NCBI GenBank assembly: GCA_964016885.1 | Contig: OZ024742.1 | Span: forward strand, 132,556,001-132,620,000 | DNA from: Eledone cirrhosa | Taxonomy: Eukaryota | Direction: 5' to 3' | Length of the DNA: 64,000 bases | In this document: positions 47,587-64,000 of the stretch, one piece after another | Layout: the number at the start of each line of letters is the position of its first letter | Numbering within the stretch: position 1 is the stretch's first letter | Translations under genes and position numbers: made by a program | The notes under the pieces: model-generated | Database searches by the model: none | Seen by the model: only the letters and a program-made list of their open reading frames with translations | Told to the model about the DNA's origin: nothing

Positions 47587-47645
47587 ATTCCTTTCAACTA
47601 AACTGTACCCATTCAAATCTTTCTAAATATATATATATATATTTA

Positions 47646-47798
<153 letters not shown>

Positions 47799-47926
47799 AA
47801 AGTTTTATTTAAAATTGTTGGGTTACAACGAGTAAATATTTTATAACTGATATAAAACCACTCAACAGGTTTTGGAGTATTTTACGATATAAAACACATG
47901 GAAACTACATTTATAAAACCATATTT

Positions 47927-47990
47927 ATTTCATTATATATATTTCAGGGATATCATATTAAAAATATGGTATGCCCTCTTCAGATAAAAT
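47927..47990 (-). ncRNA. Type I hammerhead ribozyme
   Basis: Inverted twin of 48152-48215. Confidence 0.85.
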
Positions 47991-48151
47991 ACAATATATA
48001 AACAGTTTTATAAATAAATTTGACATGCCTTAGAATATTACAACTTCCATTTAAAAAGTTGTTATGTTAGTCTACCATAACAACTTTTTAAATGGAAGTT
48101 GTAATATTCTAAGGTATGTCAAATTTATTTATAAAACTGTTTATATATTGA

Positions 48152-48215
48152 ATTTTATCTGAAGAGGGCATACCATATTTTTAATATGATATCCCTGAAA
48201 TATATATAATGAAAT
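48152..48215 (+). ncRNA. Type I hammerhead ribozyme
   Basis: attttat CTGAAGA ggg..catat-tttta-atatg..ccct GAAA tatata TA atgaaat. Confidence 0.85.
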
Positions 48216-48256
48216 AAATATGGTTTTATAAATGTAGTTTCCATTTGTTTTATATC

Positions 48257-48316
<60 letters not shown>

Positions 48317-48318
<2 letters not shown>

Positions 48319-49119
48319 TCATCATCATCATCATCAACGTTTAACGTCCGTGTTCCACGCTTGCATGGGTTTGGACGGGGGTAGTCCCACTTGAGGCAAG
48401 AGTGATTGTCTTGCTCGCATAGGACTGTCTGGCAGGTTTTCTACAGTTGGATGCCCTTCCTAACACCAACCACATTTACAGTGTGGGTCTGGGAGGTTTT
48501 TACCGTGTTGCCTACACGGCCACATTACAGCGTGGACTGTGTGTTTTTTTGTCGTGACACCTATACGATCTCATTTGTTTCGGCCTGGATGGCGCGGCAC
48601 CAACATAACTTTACATAGAACGGGGTGGTGTGGATGGGGTGGGGGTGGTTGCGGGACGGGGTGTATTTTGTTAGAGATGCCTACTGGCAAGGCGGGTCTT
48701 CTCTGTTACTGAGTACCGCCAAAGGTCTCGGTCCAGTGACATTGTCTTGGAGAGGTGTAAGTGTGTGAGGTCGGAGTTTATCAGCTCATCCCAGGTTTTT
48801 CTAGGTCTGCCTATTCCGTGGCTACCGTCTATCTTTATTGCCCTGCACTTTGTTATACAGCTATCGACTTTCATGCGCATCACGTGTCCATACCAACGCA
48901 GCCTTCTCTCGAGTAAACAACATCTGATCCCTCTTATCTCTAATTTTTTCCTTAGTTCGTTTATGCTTTGCCGTTCACGTATATTACTGTTACACATCCA
49001 GCGGAGCATGCAAGCTTCGTTCCTCTCTAGTCTGCGTATATCCTCTGCACACAATGCCCAGGTCTCACTACCATGCAACATTGCTGTTCGTATGCAGGCA
49101 TCGTACAACCTGCCTTTCA
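48317..49119 (-). mobile_element. RTE-clade LINE 3' end with (GAT)n tail
   Basis: [39 protein letters not shown]; UTR ending in ..acgttaaacg-(atg)n. Confidence 0.9.
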
Positions 49120-49164
49120 TATATAAATATATGTATATATAAATATATGTATATATATATAAAT

Positions 49165-49201
<37 letters not shown>

Positions 49202-49226
49202 AATATATGTATATATAAATATATGT

Positions 49227-49275
<49 letters not shown>

Positions 49276-49315
49276 TAAATATATATATATATGTATATAA
49301 ATATATATATTTATA

Positions 49316-49355
<40 letters not shown>

Positions 49356-49365
49356 TATATATATG

Positions 49366-51151
<1,786 letters not shown>

Positions 51152-51156
51152 CACAC

Positions 51157-51187
<31 letters not shown>

Positions 51188-51200
51188 CATATTATATATA

Positions 51201-51247
<47 letters not shown>

Positions 51248-51290
51248 ATATTTATATATATATAATACATATATAAATATATATATGTAT

Positions 51291-51366
<76 letters not shown>

Positions 51367-51898
51367 CATATATGCATATACACACACATATATATAGAGA
51401 TATGATATGTATATATATATATATATGATTATATATATATATATATATGCATGTGTATGTGTGTATGTGTGCGCGCGCGTGTGTGTGTGTGAGTCTGTGC
51501 ATAATTCCCTTCATTTATTGCATGTCGAAGATCTGCTCTTATTCCCTGATGCCTTCAGCAAAGTTAATAGGTTTTCCAAGGTAAAACAAGAGTCATATTA
51601 CACATTTCGTATTATCTGACGATAATTAATAGAAAGGCAGTGCTTCGTTCAATAACTAATTACCAAACTTTTTATTACAATCTGCCTGTTTAACTCGTCT
51701 GTATATTCCTGTGCCTTACCCATTCGCCTTCTCTCGGTGCTATCTTTCTTTCTTTCTCTTTCTCTCTCTCACTTTCACTCTCCCCCTCTCTCTCTATTCC
51801 TCTCACTCTCTATGTCTCTCTCTCTCCCTATTTCTCTCTCTCTGTCACTGTCGATATATGTCATACTTGTTAATTATCCGGCTATCTAATATTATACA

Positions 51899-51949
<51 letters not shown>

Positions 51950-52135
51950 TTCTCATTATTATCACCATTATTATTATTACGTGCATGACACCTGGATACA
52001 CACATATATAAACTTAAACACAAGCACTCACAGACATGGACAGGGTATCTGGATGGCTGTACGGTTAGGAGTTTGACTTCGTAGGAATTTTGGAAATATT
52101 TTTTAATATATTACTTGTGGTTAATACATTGTGTA

Positions 52136-52241
<106 letters not shown>

Positions 52242-52314
52242 AACACACACAAACACACATACAAACACTCACACAACACAACACACACAAATATATTTAT
52301 ATATGTATATATAC

Positions 52315-52420
52315 TTCGTTTATCAATTTGTTTTGCAAGATTTCCTCTCTGAAAACGTGTGTTGAAACAGATATTTTTATACTTTGAGAGGGCCATATTT
52401 CCAATAAAAGCACTCGCAGC
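52315..52420 (-). repeat. Tail-only fragment of family N
   Basis: Similar to 1442-1548. Confidence 0.65.
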
Positions 52421-54595
52421 ATTTCAGTGACTAGCTTCTTGTTTTTACTCCCTCCTTTTTTCTAAAGAATTAGAAAATCCCAAACAACACATCATCAACC
52501 GCATGCTTTTCTCTGGCTATAATCATAGATACAAGTGCAGTGTATATAAAGAGGCCAGGAGCAAATTGGCAAAGATTGTAAAAAATTATGCAAATGAGAC
52601 TTGACCCCTGTACAAGAGCAAACATTGGAATAAAATAGAAAGGAGTAAGAAAAAAACCAATACAATCAACTCATAATATGATAACAATAAATAACAGAAG
52701 CTGAGTCTTATGATAGTCATATCTATATAAATAAGGAGTATTCGACGTATATGTATATAACTATTCTTATATCTATTATGTAGGTATGTATACATGCCAA
52801 AAACACGAATTCCCCTGTACAATAAGCTACTCGATACATTAGTAGCTAGTTTAATTAGAAGTGACACTAACATTGCCTGGTGCATCAAAAGGCTGCATTT
52901 GAAAGCATATCTGATATTTTTATGTATCATAAGCTATGAATTTACTAAAGTAAAGATGTGATTATATCACAGCTATTTAAGTAACAGTAAATATTCCAGA
53001 TAGATATTTATCAATTTCAATTCGTCATCAGTGATACTCACTCTGTACAGAGACAAAATTAACAAAACCTATATATTTTTTGCGTATGAAACATTGGCAG
53101 GAGATAATCATTTGTTTGTCGTGTGAACTTGAAAGGAGAAAGGGAGATAATTAAAAGAGGCAGTAAAATGACGGGATTCACCCTAGGGGTGGATACGAAA
53201 CCATATACGATGTTGTTATGCATAATAAAGAATTGAGAATCTGTTGATTGATGGAATGGAGATAACTAGAAAAGACACTAATATTGACTGTTTCGTTACC
53301 GGCGATCATATGATTGTATATGTTTAAAGAGAATTCAACGTGAGACGACCGTATATAAATTATACATAAACATATTATATATGCTTTTATATACATTCCT
53401 ATGATTTGTACCTAACGTCCGTATTTATTTCATGTCAAAATGTAATATATATTTTTTAGTCGTTTGAAATCATCACAAGGGTCCAAAATAATTTCAAATT
53501 AATGAAACACTCTAATCCTTTTAAAATTATCCCTACATTTAATGTATATATGAGTAGGGGAGAGATGAATCAGGAAGTTCTATATTTCATACATAAGTTA
53601 CACGAAAATGTATTTACAAGTAGTAATACATTACCATTTAATCGATCACTTCTAAAGATAGATTTACATACGGCAACCCTATCACCAGCGTTCATAGAAG
53701 AATTGACTTCTACACGCATATATACATACAGACATGCAAACACACTCACACATACAAACACACACACACACACACACACACATATCTATATATATATGTA
53801 TATATGCGAAGTCATAGGGTATACAACACAGGGGATTGATACACTACAACGAAGATATATATTAGTTTAACGCTTGATATAGTAGGACGTGTGTTTTAGC
53901 GGTTAGAACGTTAGTCCTTTATTAGAATGTAAATGACATATACAAGAAGAAATAGAAAGAGAGTACGAAGATGAAAAAACGGAAAATATATTTGATAGGC
54001 ATTACATATTTTTTAAGTCAGCCATTTTATAGAACTCATATAGAACTTTCATAATACCAATTTCAACTAGAACAATCGAGTACACTAAGTAACATTTTTT
54101 TCCGTCCAGTGGCTTTTATGTCCAGTTTGTTAGACTATTTTTCATAGTCGAACAAATACGTTGAAGCATACATTTTCAATAAAGCATATCCGATCAAGCT
54201 TTCGAAAAATAGATCATTGTTTCCATTCTGGTTGATTGAGAAAGACTTCAGATTAACGGAAAATTACATCAGCCACGAATTGGAGAATTAGGTGGGTTGA
54301 CCCGTCGAACATACGGCACGTATGAGTTCGAGTATCATTGGCGACGCTGGATTTTATGCCAAATTTATTACATTATTGCACAGTAGAGAACAACGTTGAA
54401 ACTTCTAAATGTTCAATGCATACATGCATTTCGCTGATGACCATTATGCAACAGCTATCACCTTACCAGAACAGAAAAAATAACAGAAAAACATATCGAT
54501 GGAATAACATTTACTTCTGTTATTTCGATTTTTGTATATGCTCAGTGCTGAAGTTTGGTGCTTTTTTCTCAAAGCACCAGTCATAGGTATATATA

Positions 54596-54745
<150 letters not shown>

Positions 54746-55084
54746 CCGAAAGAGATAAAGAGAGAGCACTGTGTGATTTGCTAAGCGTTTAGTATTATGT
54801 CTAAATAAATTCAGTGACAATTTTTTGGTTCATATAAAACGATGTATAATCGTATTCAATTTATTTAATTGGTCTGAATAATTCAGCATGACACAGGCGT
54901 GTAATAAGTTTTTCGTTTTTCGTTTGGCTAATTAATGTGTAGAACAATGGATGTAGACGAGAAAATACAAAATGACAATCAAATCTAATATGTAAAGGAA
55001 ATTTAGATTATAAGCTACACACACACATGTGCATACACATAGGCAGACACACAGATATACACACTCACACAAACACACACGCTC

Positions 55085-55115
<31 letters not shown>

Positions 55116-55164
55116 ATAAGAAAACACGAAGTAGTTTCAGATGATAAAGTCCTTTATTGATAAT

Positions 55165-55239
55165 ACTGTGATACATATTTCAATGTCGACAGAGGTCACA
55201 CGATTCCGTGTACCCAGTGCCATGACATCATCAGACAGC
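55165..55239 (-). ncRNA. Type I hammerhead ribozyme in a microsatellite-flanked insert (about 55112-55340)
   Basis: gctgt CTGATGA tgtc...gaca-tt GAAA tatgta TC acagt. Confidence 0.8.
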
Positions 55240-55336
55240 TTCTTACATTCCCGGTTACGTTCCCGAGGCAATCCAAACTGAAACGACCAGGGAACGGATG
55301 AGGCGTGTGCTCTTGAATCCCTCGCCCGTTCCCTTG

Positions 55337-55421
<85 letters not shown>

Positions 55422-55462
55422 CGAAACATAAGTCAATTGCATGAACTCATAATACTTTATTT

Positions 55463-55520
55463 AGTGCTATATATATTTCGATGATAGCCATTGAGTGCCT
55501 ATGACCTCATCAGGCGCAGT
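55463..55520 (-). ncRNA. Family E hammerhead, stem I damaged
   Basis: actgcgc CTGATGA ggtcataggcactcaatggctatcatc GAAA tatata TA gcact. Confidence 0.65.
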
Positions 55521-56338
55521 TAGTCAGTTCTTAGATATGCAAGCTCTGTGTTTATGGTGTTGACTGTATCAGAGCCTTGGGACATATATATATATATATA
55601 TATACACACATCTGCATTGAATATACAGGGTGACCCAAAACACTGGGAGCTTGATTATCGTATAGAGTAACGAGAGTGTCACAAACATACATGGGCTATA
55701 TTATCAACCAATACCACATGGATCTTCGTCAGTTTAAGGAACTCTAGCCATTAATATTGTAAAAATATTCATTTAAATTTTCATATTTGAAAACAAGGTG
55801 TTATTGTGGTCACCCTGCAGTATGGAAAAAGTACATGTGTGAATTTGGTAGGTCTTGTTTAAATTTATATAGAGATGAGAAAGTCACACAAATCGGTGAT
55901 GTTAATTTGAAGACGTAGACCTTTGAACTCATTTTGTTTGAGTGAAATATTTGGTGAAGATTAAACGTCGGAGCCGAATAATAAATTAATTAATAGATTG
56001 TGCCAAATTTAAGGATTACATCTATAAATAGGTGTTATATTTTGTGAGAAAATCTTTGCCAAATCCATTTAAATTATAGCGTCATACACAATTTATGTGT
56101 GAATATGTGAATATTGTATTTCATTGTAGACACACAGACAATACACGGTAAGTACATGCCCAAACACATACACACAGGCACATATAGAGCAGGTGAATTC
56201 ATGGTAACATATACATCATTTCCTGCTGCCCTCCTTACATACATACAGACATTAACGCACACGAACATTCTACATCGATAATTATATATACACACACAGA
56301 CACAAATATATGTATGTATAGAACATTTCTCGATGTAT

Positions 56339-56393
<55 letters not shown>

Positions 56394-56447
56394 CTCTCTC
56401 TCTCTCTCTCTCTCTTTATCTATCACTCTCAATCATTCTCTCTCTTT

Positions 56448-56498
<51 letters not shown>

Positions 56499-56501
<3 letters not shown>

Positions 56502-56630
56502 CGAAGGAGCTGTGGTAAGGAACATGATGGGACCATAACGCACCAGAGTACTCAATACTTAGGGTAGTAGAGTGGATAATAGGAAAAAATGTAACTCCGA
56601 CGGCAGAGCTCAAGCCGTTTCGACGGCTAT
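56499..56630 (-). mobile_element. Family B single arm plus tail
   Basis: Homologous to 1092-1222 and ends at the same point where other copies fold back. Confidence 0.75.
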
Positions 56631-56639
56631 TATTCTTTT

Positions 56640-56680
<41 letters not shown>

Positions 56681-57767
56681 TATTATACATATCTAAATAT
56701 ATATAATCGTACACATGGCGCTGCCATTTACACGTATGAAAAACGAAACGTACGCAGTCCATCGAAGATTGACATCTTGCACTATATTTTGGGAAGCCAC
56801 CCTGTTTCTATCGAAATAAAAGGTCAACAGAAATGAATTTGAAGGAATGTAAACATAAACAATAATATTAATACATCAAATCCTTTTTCTTGACATTTTC
56901 ATATCATTTTGGCAAGCTAAAAGAGATTCGAGTGAATACACGTTACAAGCCAGTAGTTTGATTTTCAGTTAAATAAAACGTTAAACAAATTTATAAAATA
57001 AAACAAAATAAAATAAAATATGCACAACAGCAACATCAAAACACCACCACCACCAACAACAACAACAACAAAACACGATCATCATCAACAACAACTACAA
57101 TAACAAGACTATAACTATTGCTACTATTACTACTAGTAATAATAACAAAAACAACAATAATAATAAATTTACTAATATTAATAGCATAAGATAAATAACG
57201 AAGCACTCTGAACAGCCAGTGTATCAAGACAGAGAAGAGGCAAAGATCGATTTAATAGAGCTGTCATAACAAACGCTGTATGTAGGTATGTTGGCTGGCA
57301 TCTATCTTTTACAGCAAATACTATTTTATGTTTTAAGTTTTACATTAAAACGAGATATATTTATGACGCACTAATGTCATAAATAGAGTGTTTCTAACTT
57401 TATATTTTTACTACCTCTTTACTTTGTTCCGTTTGTTGTCTGTTTACTTTGCAGAGTCTACACGTATACATACATACACACGCTCACACATGTGTTTGTT
57501 TATGTGTGAGCGTGTATAGATAAATAGATAAATATATTGATATATATATATAGCGAGAGAGAGAGAAAGAAAGATATATATATATACATAGAGAGAGACA
57601 GAGATCGTGAGAGAGAGAGAGGCTGGATGGCAGAAGAGATCAATGCTGTTTCGTTGCATCAAATTAAGTTCAAATCCATTTTAAGATGGATTGCTTTCCT
57701 AGGCTAATAATCATAAGTTTAGCCATATTATTGAAACCAGTAAGTGAACCCCATCTCTCTCTCTCTC

Positions 57768-57877
<110 letters not shown>

Positions 57878-57954
57878 GCTCTCTCTCTCTCTTCCTTTCT
57901 CTCTTTCCCTCCTTCTCTCTTTCTCTCTATTTATATATATACTCAACCTATTTG

Positions 57955-58675
57955 TAATCATCGTTGTTGTGGTATAAGCATGGTCATCGCTTTTAGTCGT
58001 TTTTCTTTGTGTTAGATTTTATTAACTTTTGTGTCTACGCTGGACGATGATGTATTAATTTCTCGCCCCATTGAGTACTTTGTGATTGCCTTAACAATTC
58101 GATTAGTACCTGCTATATTGCGGCACTAACATCGATTCATACCTAATAATACTATTCTCCTAGCTCAATGTATTGATAACGTTTAGTTGTTTTATTTATA
58201 AATGCTAGTTGAGAGCTTTATTTTGAGGGTTTGAGAATCTCTTTGATCTGATACCCAGGAAAGAACCACCAATAGTTCTGCCAGCGTGACCTTTCTTGTT
58301 TGAGAAAGATCACAGGCAGATTTAGTACAATAAATAAAGCGACTCTATTAACAGACCGAACCTTGGATACAAGGGAACAAAGCCTGACGGAGACGGGAGC
58401 ACCAGTTCCATCGTGGAAATGCGCAAATGAATTGCCCATGTATTATGCACATTCTGGTGTAGATTCATTGGTCCCAGAAGCTAATCGAAGATTTTTATTG
58501 ATAGCTATCATTTCTAATCGACTCGAGATTGTCCAGGTTAGACTTCAATTTATCGTTGTTGTGGTATAAGTATGACCATCGCCTTTGGTCGTTAATTTTG
58601 CTTTATACCCTGGATGATAATCTATTAAATTTTAATTTGTAATTGCCTCAAACAATTCGATTAGTACCTACTACG
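57955..58675 (+). mobile_element. Non-coding element with diverged terminal direct repeats
   Basis: 57960-58112 is similar to 58552-58672; only a very decayed HHR-like trace (CTGACGG..GAAA tgcgca) near 58384-58425. Confidence 0.5.
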
Positions 58676-58864
58676 CAATATTATATATATATGCACGAAT
58701 TTGCAGGTACATTTATATTTGTATTTTAAAATGTAAGTTTTGTTTGCAATGCTAATTCCAAAATGCTGTAAATGTATACGCCTAAATACAATATTTGAAA
58801 TAATGAAAATCTACAGATGATATCTTTTAGCCTATACATAGTATTTGAGCTATTTAAGATGCAA

Positions 58865-59500
<636 letters not shown>

Positions 59501-59534
59501 ATAAAAGAATTTTATATATATATATATATATATA

Positions 59535-60103
59535 TTTCGTTTCTGAATTTGTTTAGCAAGATTCTTTATCTGAAATCGTGTGTTGAAACCGATATTGTTA
59601 TACTTTGGGAGGGTCATGTTGCCAATAAGAAACACACGCACCAGTTGCTTTCACTTCAATTTAATTTATTATATATTTATAAATTTACAAATTTATAAAT
59701 TTCTGGTTGGTTGGTTGGTTCCACAACCAGATAGTTGTTTATATATATATAGTCATAGTTCTTTCGTCACACACTCTGTGACCTCTTCAGTGACTGGGGA
59801 TTTCTTTCTTCGTTTCTGTGCCTTTCCTTTCTTCTATCCTACGCCATTTTGGCGTAGGATAGAAGAAAGGAAAGGCACAGAAACGAAGAAAGAAATCCCC
59901 AGTCACTGAAGAGGTCACAGAGTGTGTGACGAAAGAACTATGACTATATATATATAAACAACTATCTGGTTGTGGAACCAACCAACCAACCAGAAATTTA
60001 TAAATTTGTAAATTTATAAATATATAATAAATTAAATTGAAGTGAAAGCAACTAGTGCGTGTGTTTCTTATTGGCAACATGACCCTCCCAAAGTATAACA
60101 ATA
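59535..60103. mobile_element. Fold-back element, family N, with an HHR in each arm (59751-59795 -, 59901-59945 +)
   Basis: ~255-bp near-perfect arms centred on cgcca-ttt-tggcg; agtca CTGAAGA ggtcacagagtgtgtgac GAAA gaac TA tgact. Confidence 0.9.
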
Positions 60104-60230
60104 TATATATATATATATATGAATGTATATATAGTGTATTTTGCAATACACTTTATGCTTAATTAAAAGCATTTTGAAGACCGTATGCTTTTGTTTTAGA
60201 GTAGTGACAGACTCACTGACAGAGTTCCAA

Positions 60231-60308
<78 letters not shown>

Positions 60309-60342
60309 TATATATATGTATATATATATACATATACTCGTA

Positions 60343-60399
<57 letters not shown>

Positions 60400-60680
60400 C
60401 TGTATATAGTCTATCTGATACGTTTGCAAATAGGCTACACCTATCCAATTTCACTAACAATAAATGGGTCAAACAGAGGTTATGGCAAACTACAATTTAC
60501 CAAGGTGTCAAGTAGTGGGATCGAATTCACGAATTAATGTAAGGCAACATTTTTAACCATTGTGCAACGCTGCAACCACCACACATAGACACACATAGCT
60601 GTTTAACTATGATATAAATATAAATAAATGTATATATATATATGTATGCATATATATGTATGCATATATATATATATATA

Positions 60681-61990
60681 TTTCGTTTCTGAATTTGTTT
60701 AGCAAGATTCTTTATCTGGAAACGTGTGTTAAACCGATATTGTTATGCTTTGGGAGGGTCATGTTGCCAATAAGAAACACACGCACCAGTTGCATTCACT
60801 CCAATTTATTATAAATTAAATTCATAAATTTAAGAATTTATAAATTTCCGGTTGGTTGGTTCCACAACCGGACGATTGTTCATATATTGTCAAAGTTCTT
60901 TCGTCACACATTATGTGATCTTTTCAGTGACTGGGGATTCTTTTTGTGCCTCTCCTTTGTTCTGTCCTACGCCATTTTTTTTTTTTTGTTGTCTGCTTAG
61001 TTTACGCATGTGTTACATCCGGGTGTCTGTGTGTGTTTATATTTGTTTATTTATTTGTTTATTTACATGTTACTGGTTGGTTGTTTGTTCTATGTGCGTG
61101 TGTGTTTTCATTTTGTTCTTAATTGTAAGTTGTGATGTTGCTATTCCATTCATGTTTTCTATTTAATTTTGGTTGGAGCTCATTTAAGTTTATTGCCTCT
61201 GTCATTTGTCTAAACATTGCGTCTTTTCTGTGCGTAGATTCTATTTTTATTTCTATGTTCTCTAATTTACACTCATGTTCTATTTTAGCATGTTGGTAGA
61301 GTACAGATGATTCTTTTCTATCGTTAAACACTCACCAGTGTTCATGTATCCGTTCTCCTATACTACGAACTGCCTTACCTATGTACACTATATTCTTATC
61401 CCTACATTGTCCTTCAGTACATCTTATGCTATATAGGACATTTTTAGTTTTACAGTTAATATGGGGGCTTAGTTTACAGATTATACATTTCTTATCTATA
61501 CAGGGAGGTCTTTGAAAAGAGTATGTATTGCTAATAAGTGTTTTTATGGGGGTACCTGGTCTTACTACTATCTTAATATCGAGTTTATGTTTTTCTAGGG
61601 CCCTTCCAGATTTGTAAGCTAAATCACCTCTAGGGGTTGTATTGATGAACATTACACTCTGGTATTTATTGCTATCATACCATGAGTTTATTCTATTAAC
61701 CTTATTCCTAGTTCTTTCTATTCTTTCCAAAATGTGCTCCTATACATGGGGCAGGTTCCATGTGTATCATTATTTATATTTTTCCTATTTGGTTGTGGCT
61801 CCTCTCTATACTCTGATTTTATCTCTCTGATTGTGACCATAGAACTGCATACGGTGGATGAAGTGTTGTATGTGTCTCTTTTGTTGTTGTTGAATTCATC
61901 TGTTAATGAGATGTCGGCCATGTTTATACCGTCAATCTTGTCAGGATATATATCGCTATTCTCTAAAGTTTCTTGGTCTCGTTTCATATC
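60681..61990 (-). mobile_element. PLE 3' part (EN remnant about 61119-61830, UTR, tail), inverted relative to the adjoining RT
   Basis: PCIDKKCIIC..CKTKNVLYSIRC..VYIGKAVRSIGERIHEH..LYQH..RQMTEAI..LNRKHEW; decayed HHR near 60890-60932. Confidence 0.85.
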
Positions 61991-62885
61991 ATTAACAGAT
62001 GAATTCAACAACAACAACACAAATATATACGGTAACACTACAGTCAACACTGATGAATTATCGATATTACAGCTACCACCTAAATATGCCACATATAATA
62101 AGGTAAATATGATAAAATGCTTGTCAGAAATAGAAAAATCATTTACAAAATTACGTTGGAGCCACAAAAACAAAAACAAAAGTAACAACATACGCACACA
62201 CACACACATACAACACACATCCCAACAATAACAGACACACAGACACAAAAAGCGATAACAACAACACACACATCAACAATAATAACATACTCAGAAACAA
62301 CAACAGGCACACAGACACAAACAACAATAACAACACCCACAACAATAATAACATATGCGGAAACAACAACAACACACATCAACAACAACAACAACACCCA
62401 CACGTTCTATGCGTCTCACCACCAGCACTATCTTAACAAACACACAGACACAGAAAACAGGTAATAACAGTAACACAGAAGTCAGGGAAGGTAATGGGAT
62501 TGAAATGAGAAGGGAGACTATCGATACTGACAGGGAAAATATCCAGGACGAACACACGGACACACAAAATAGAGTAGATAATAGCAATGAGCCAGAGGAT
62601 AGAGACAGGAGTAATAATGAGAGACGTAGAAACAACCATGTGGCTGTTGGTGGAAATTGAAATAGAAACAACACAACTAACAATAACAATAGCAATAGTA
62701 CACATAAAGCAGTCGCCTGCAAATCTACTTGTTATAATCCTTCCGATATGTCCTTCGACTTACAACGAGTCCACGCCACGACTTTAGCTTTTAAAAAACG
62801 CACGCAATTGCCGTCGCAAGTCGATGAACAAACAGAAGCACAATTTAGTATAGCTAGATCTAAACTTAGAAATATTATAGAATAG
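61990..62885 (+). pseudogene. Disrupted N-terminal region of PLE ORF with low-complexity expansion
   Basis: ELSILQLPPKYA..EIEKSFTKLRW motif typical of PLE N-termini; stops and an (ACA)-rich tract follow. Confidence 0.6.
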
Positions 62886-64000
62886 TATAACAAGAAGCAA
62901 AATAGAATGGAAGCCCAGCAACTGGGAGAAAAATCTGCAAACGGCTTGCGTAAGCTCATGCAGCGCTCGCGTAATGGAGATATTGCATGCTTTCCAACAG
63001 ACAAGTCTGGAAGAATGTCGGTTGACTGTCTGTCAAACTACATCCAGGCAATGCAACCCCACATAACCAACACAAGAGAAATAACACCACAAGGGCATGA
63101 TGATAGGGAGAAAACCCTCAATGACCATATGATGATGTGGAAAAACTTAATGCAGCCCAATAAAAGGACTGGCAACAACTTCCAAGCCTGGAAAAATTAT
63201 GTTCCAGCGTTGTATGTGCTTCGAAAAGACCATAAAACGAGCAGTGACCCTGTCACAGGACCACCAACACGGGCAGTCTGTGGAGCTAACTTTGCTAGTA
63301 ACTACAGACTTTCCTACTTTCTCTCCCTTATCATACGCCTCATCATTGAAATGTCTCCAGTTATATGTGACAGCACGGAGGACCTGCTCAGCAGAATCAG
63401 CGAAATTGACCGATCTAGGGACCTAACAAACTGTATAATAGGTAGTATGGATGTTGTGTCCCTATATCCATCGATTGACGTGGATTTTGCTGTGGAGAAA
63501 TGCGAAGAAATGATCAGTGAGAGCAATGTTGAATTCCGTGGGATTGATACCAGTGAGCTGGGACTCCTACTTAAACTTACCTATAGCAATGATTATCTAG
63601 ATACATATGATCTTAGCAACTTGTGCCCTACAAGACCAGCAAGAGGCAGACCACCTACCATTACCTCAATGGCCAAGACAACACACACAGATAGATGGAA
63701 CGGGTGGATCAGAGCCATACGAACCCCCGGAACCCACGATGAACTAAAGAAAATGATTGCACATGTGGTGGGGGCCAGTATAAAATTAACCCTTAAGGAA
63801 CATACGATGAAATTTAATGGAAAAACATATGCCCAAGAGGAGGGAGCAGCCATTGGTGTTAGCATTGCAGGTGACATAGATAACCTATTCATGGTATGCT
63901 TTGACAATAGACTAAAACTTAAACTTAAAGAACAATTAGAAGACAGCAACCTCTTAACCCTGATAAGGTACTGCCGCTACGTTGATGATATAAACATCGT
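62886..64000 (+). CDS. PLE reverse transcriptase (non-Naiad clade, possibly Nematis/Neptune-like); open frame runs off the window
   Basis: FPTDKSGR; LRKDHK..GPPTRAVCG; IGSMDVVSLYPSID; YAQEEGAAIGVSIAG; RYVDD at 63975-63989, all in one frame; absent from the ORF track because no stop is reached. Confidence 0.88.

Larger units (their letters stand above)
41931..47625. mobile_element. Young Naiad-like PLE forming a 5.7-kb inverted duplication
   Basis: Left arm about 42041-44384(-) is the reverse complement of about 45270-47625(+); tail 41931-42040; TA flanks. Confidence 0.95.

Noticed and set aside
52450-52920. Possible host exons on the minus strand
   Set aside because: Short open frames with no recognisable homology or consistent splice pairs

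Overview
AT-rich eukaryotic DNA with no confidently identifiable host gene. It is probably from an octopod cephalopod, judged from the tRNA-derived SINE family, but this is an inference. The window is a dense cluster of transposons inserted mostly into (TA)n microsatellites. Penelope-like retroelements (PLEs; RT plus C-terminal GIY-YIG endonuclease) dominate. They include six Naiad-like copies (one a 5.7-kb inverted duplication carrying a 656-aa RT-EN ORF), a GC-rich ADKG-type RT fragment, and a PLE of a different clade that runs off the right edge. Many short non-coding derivatives are present as fold-back palindromes or direct-repeat units. Reading by eye, I find about 30 type I hammerhead ribozyme (HHR) motifs in the PLE 3' ends. 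About 18 have a canonical CUGANGA/GAAA/NUH core, several unrelated families carry a compensatory U3-A8 core, and one family has a CAGAAGA core. The palindromic insertions share one architecture: two arms pointing outward, only one carrying a 45-140 nt tail, usually with a GAGY(R) motif about 20-28 nt into that tail. RTE LINE fragments (one apparently twin-primed), SINEs and a deleted mariner are also present. All structure calls and coordinates were made by eye and boundaries are approximate.
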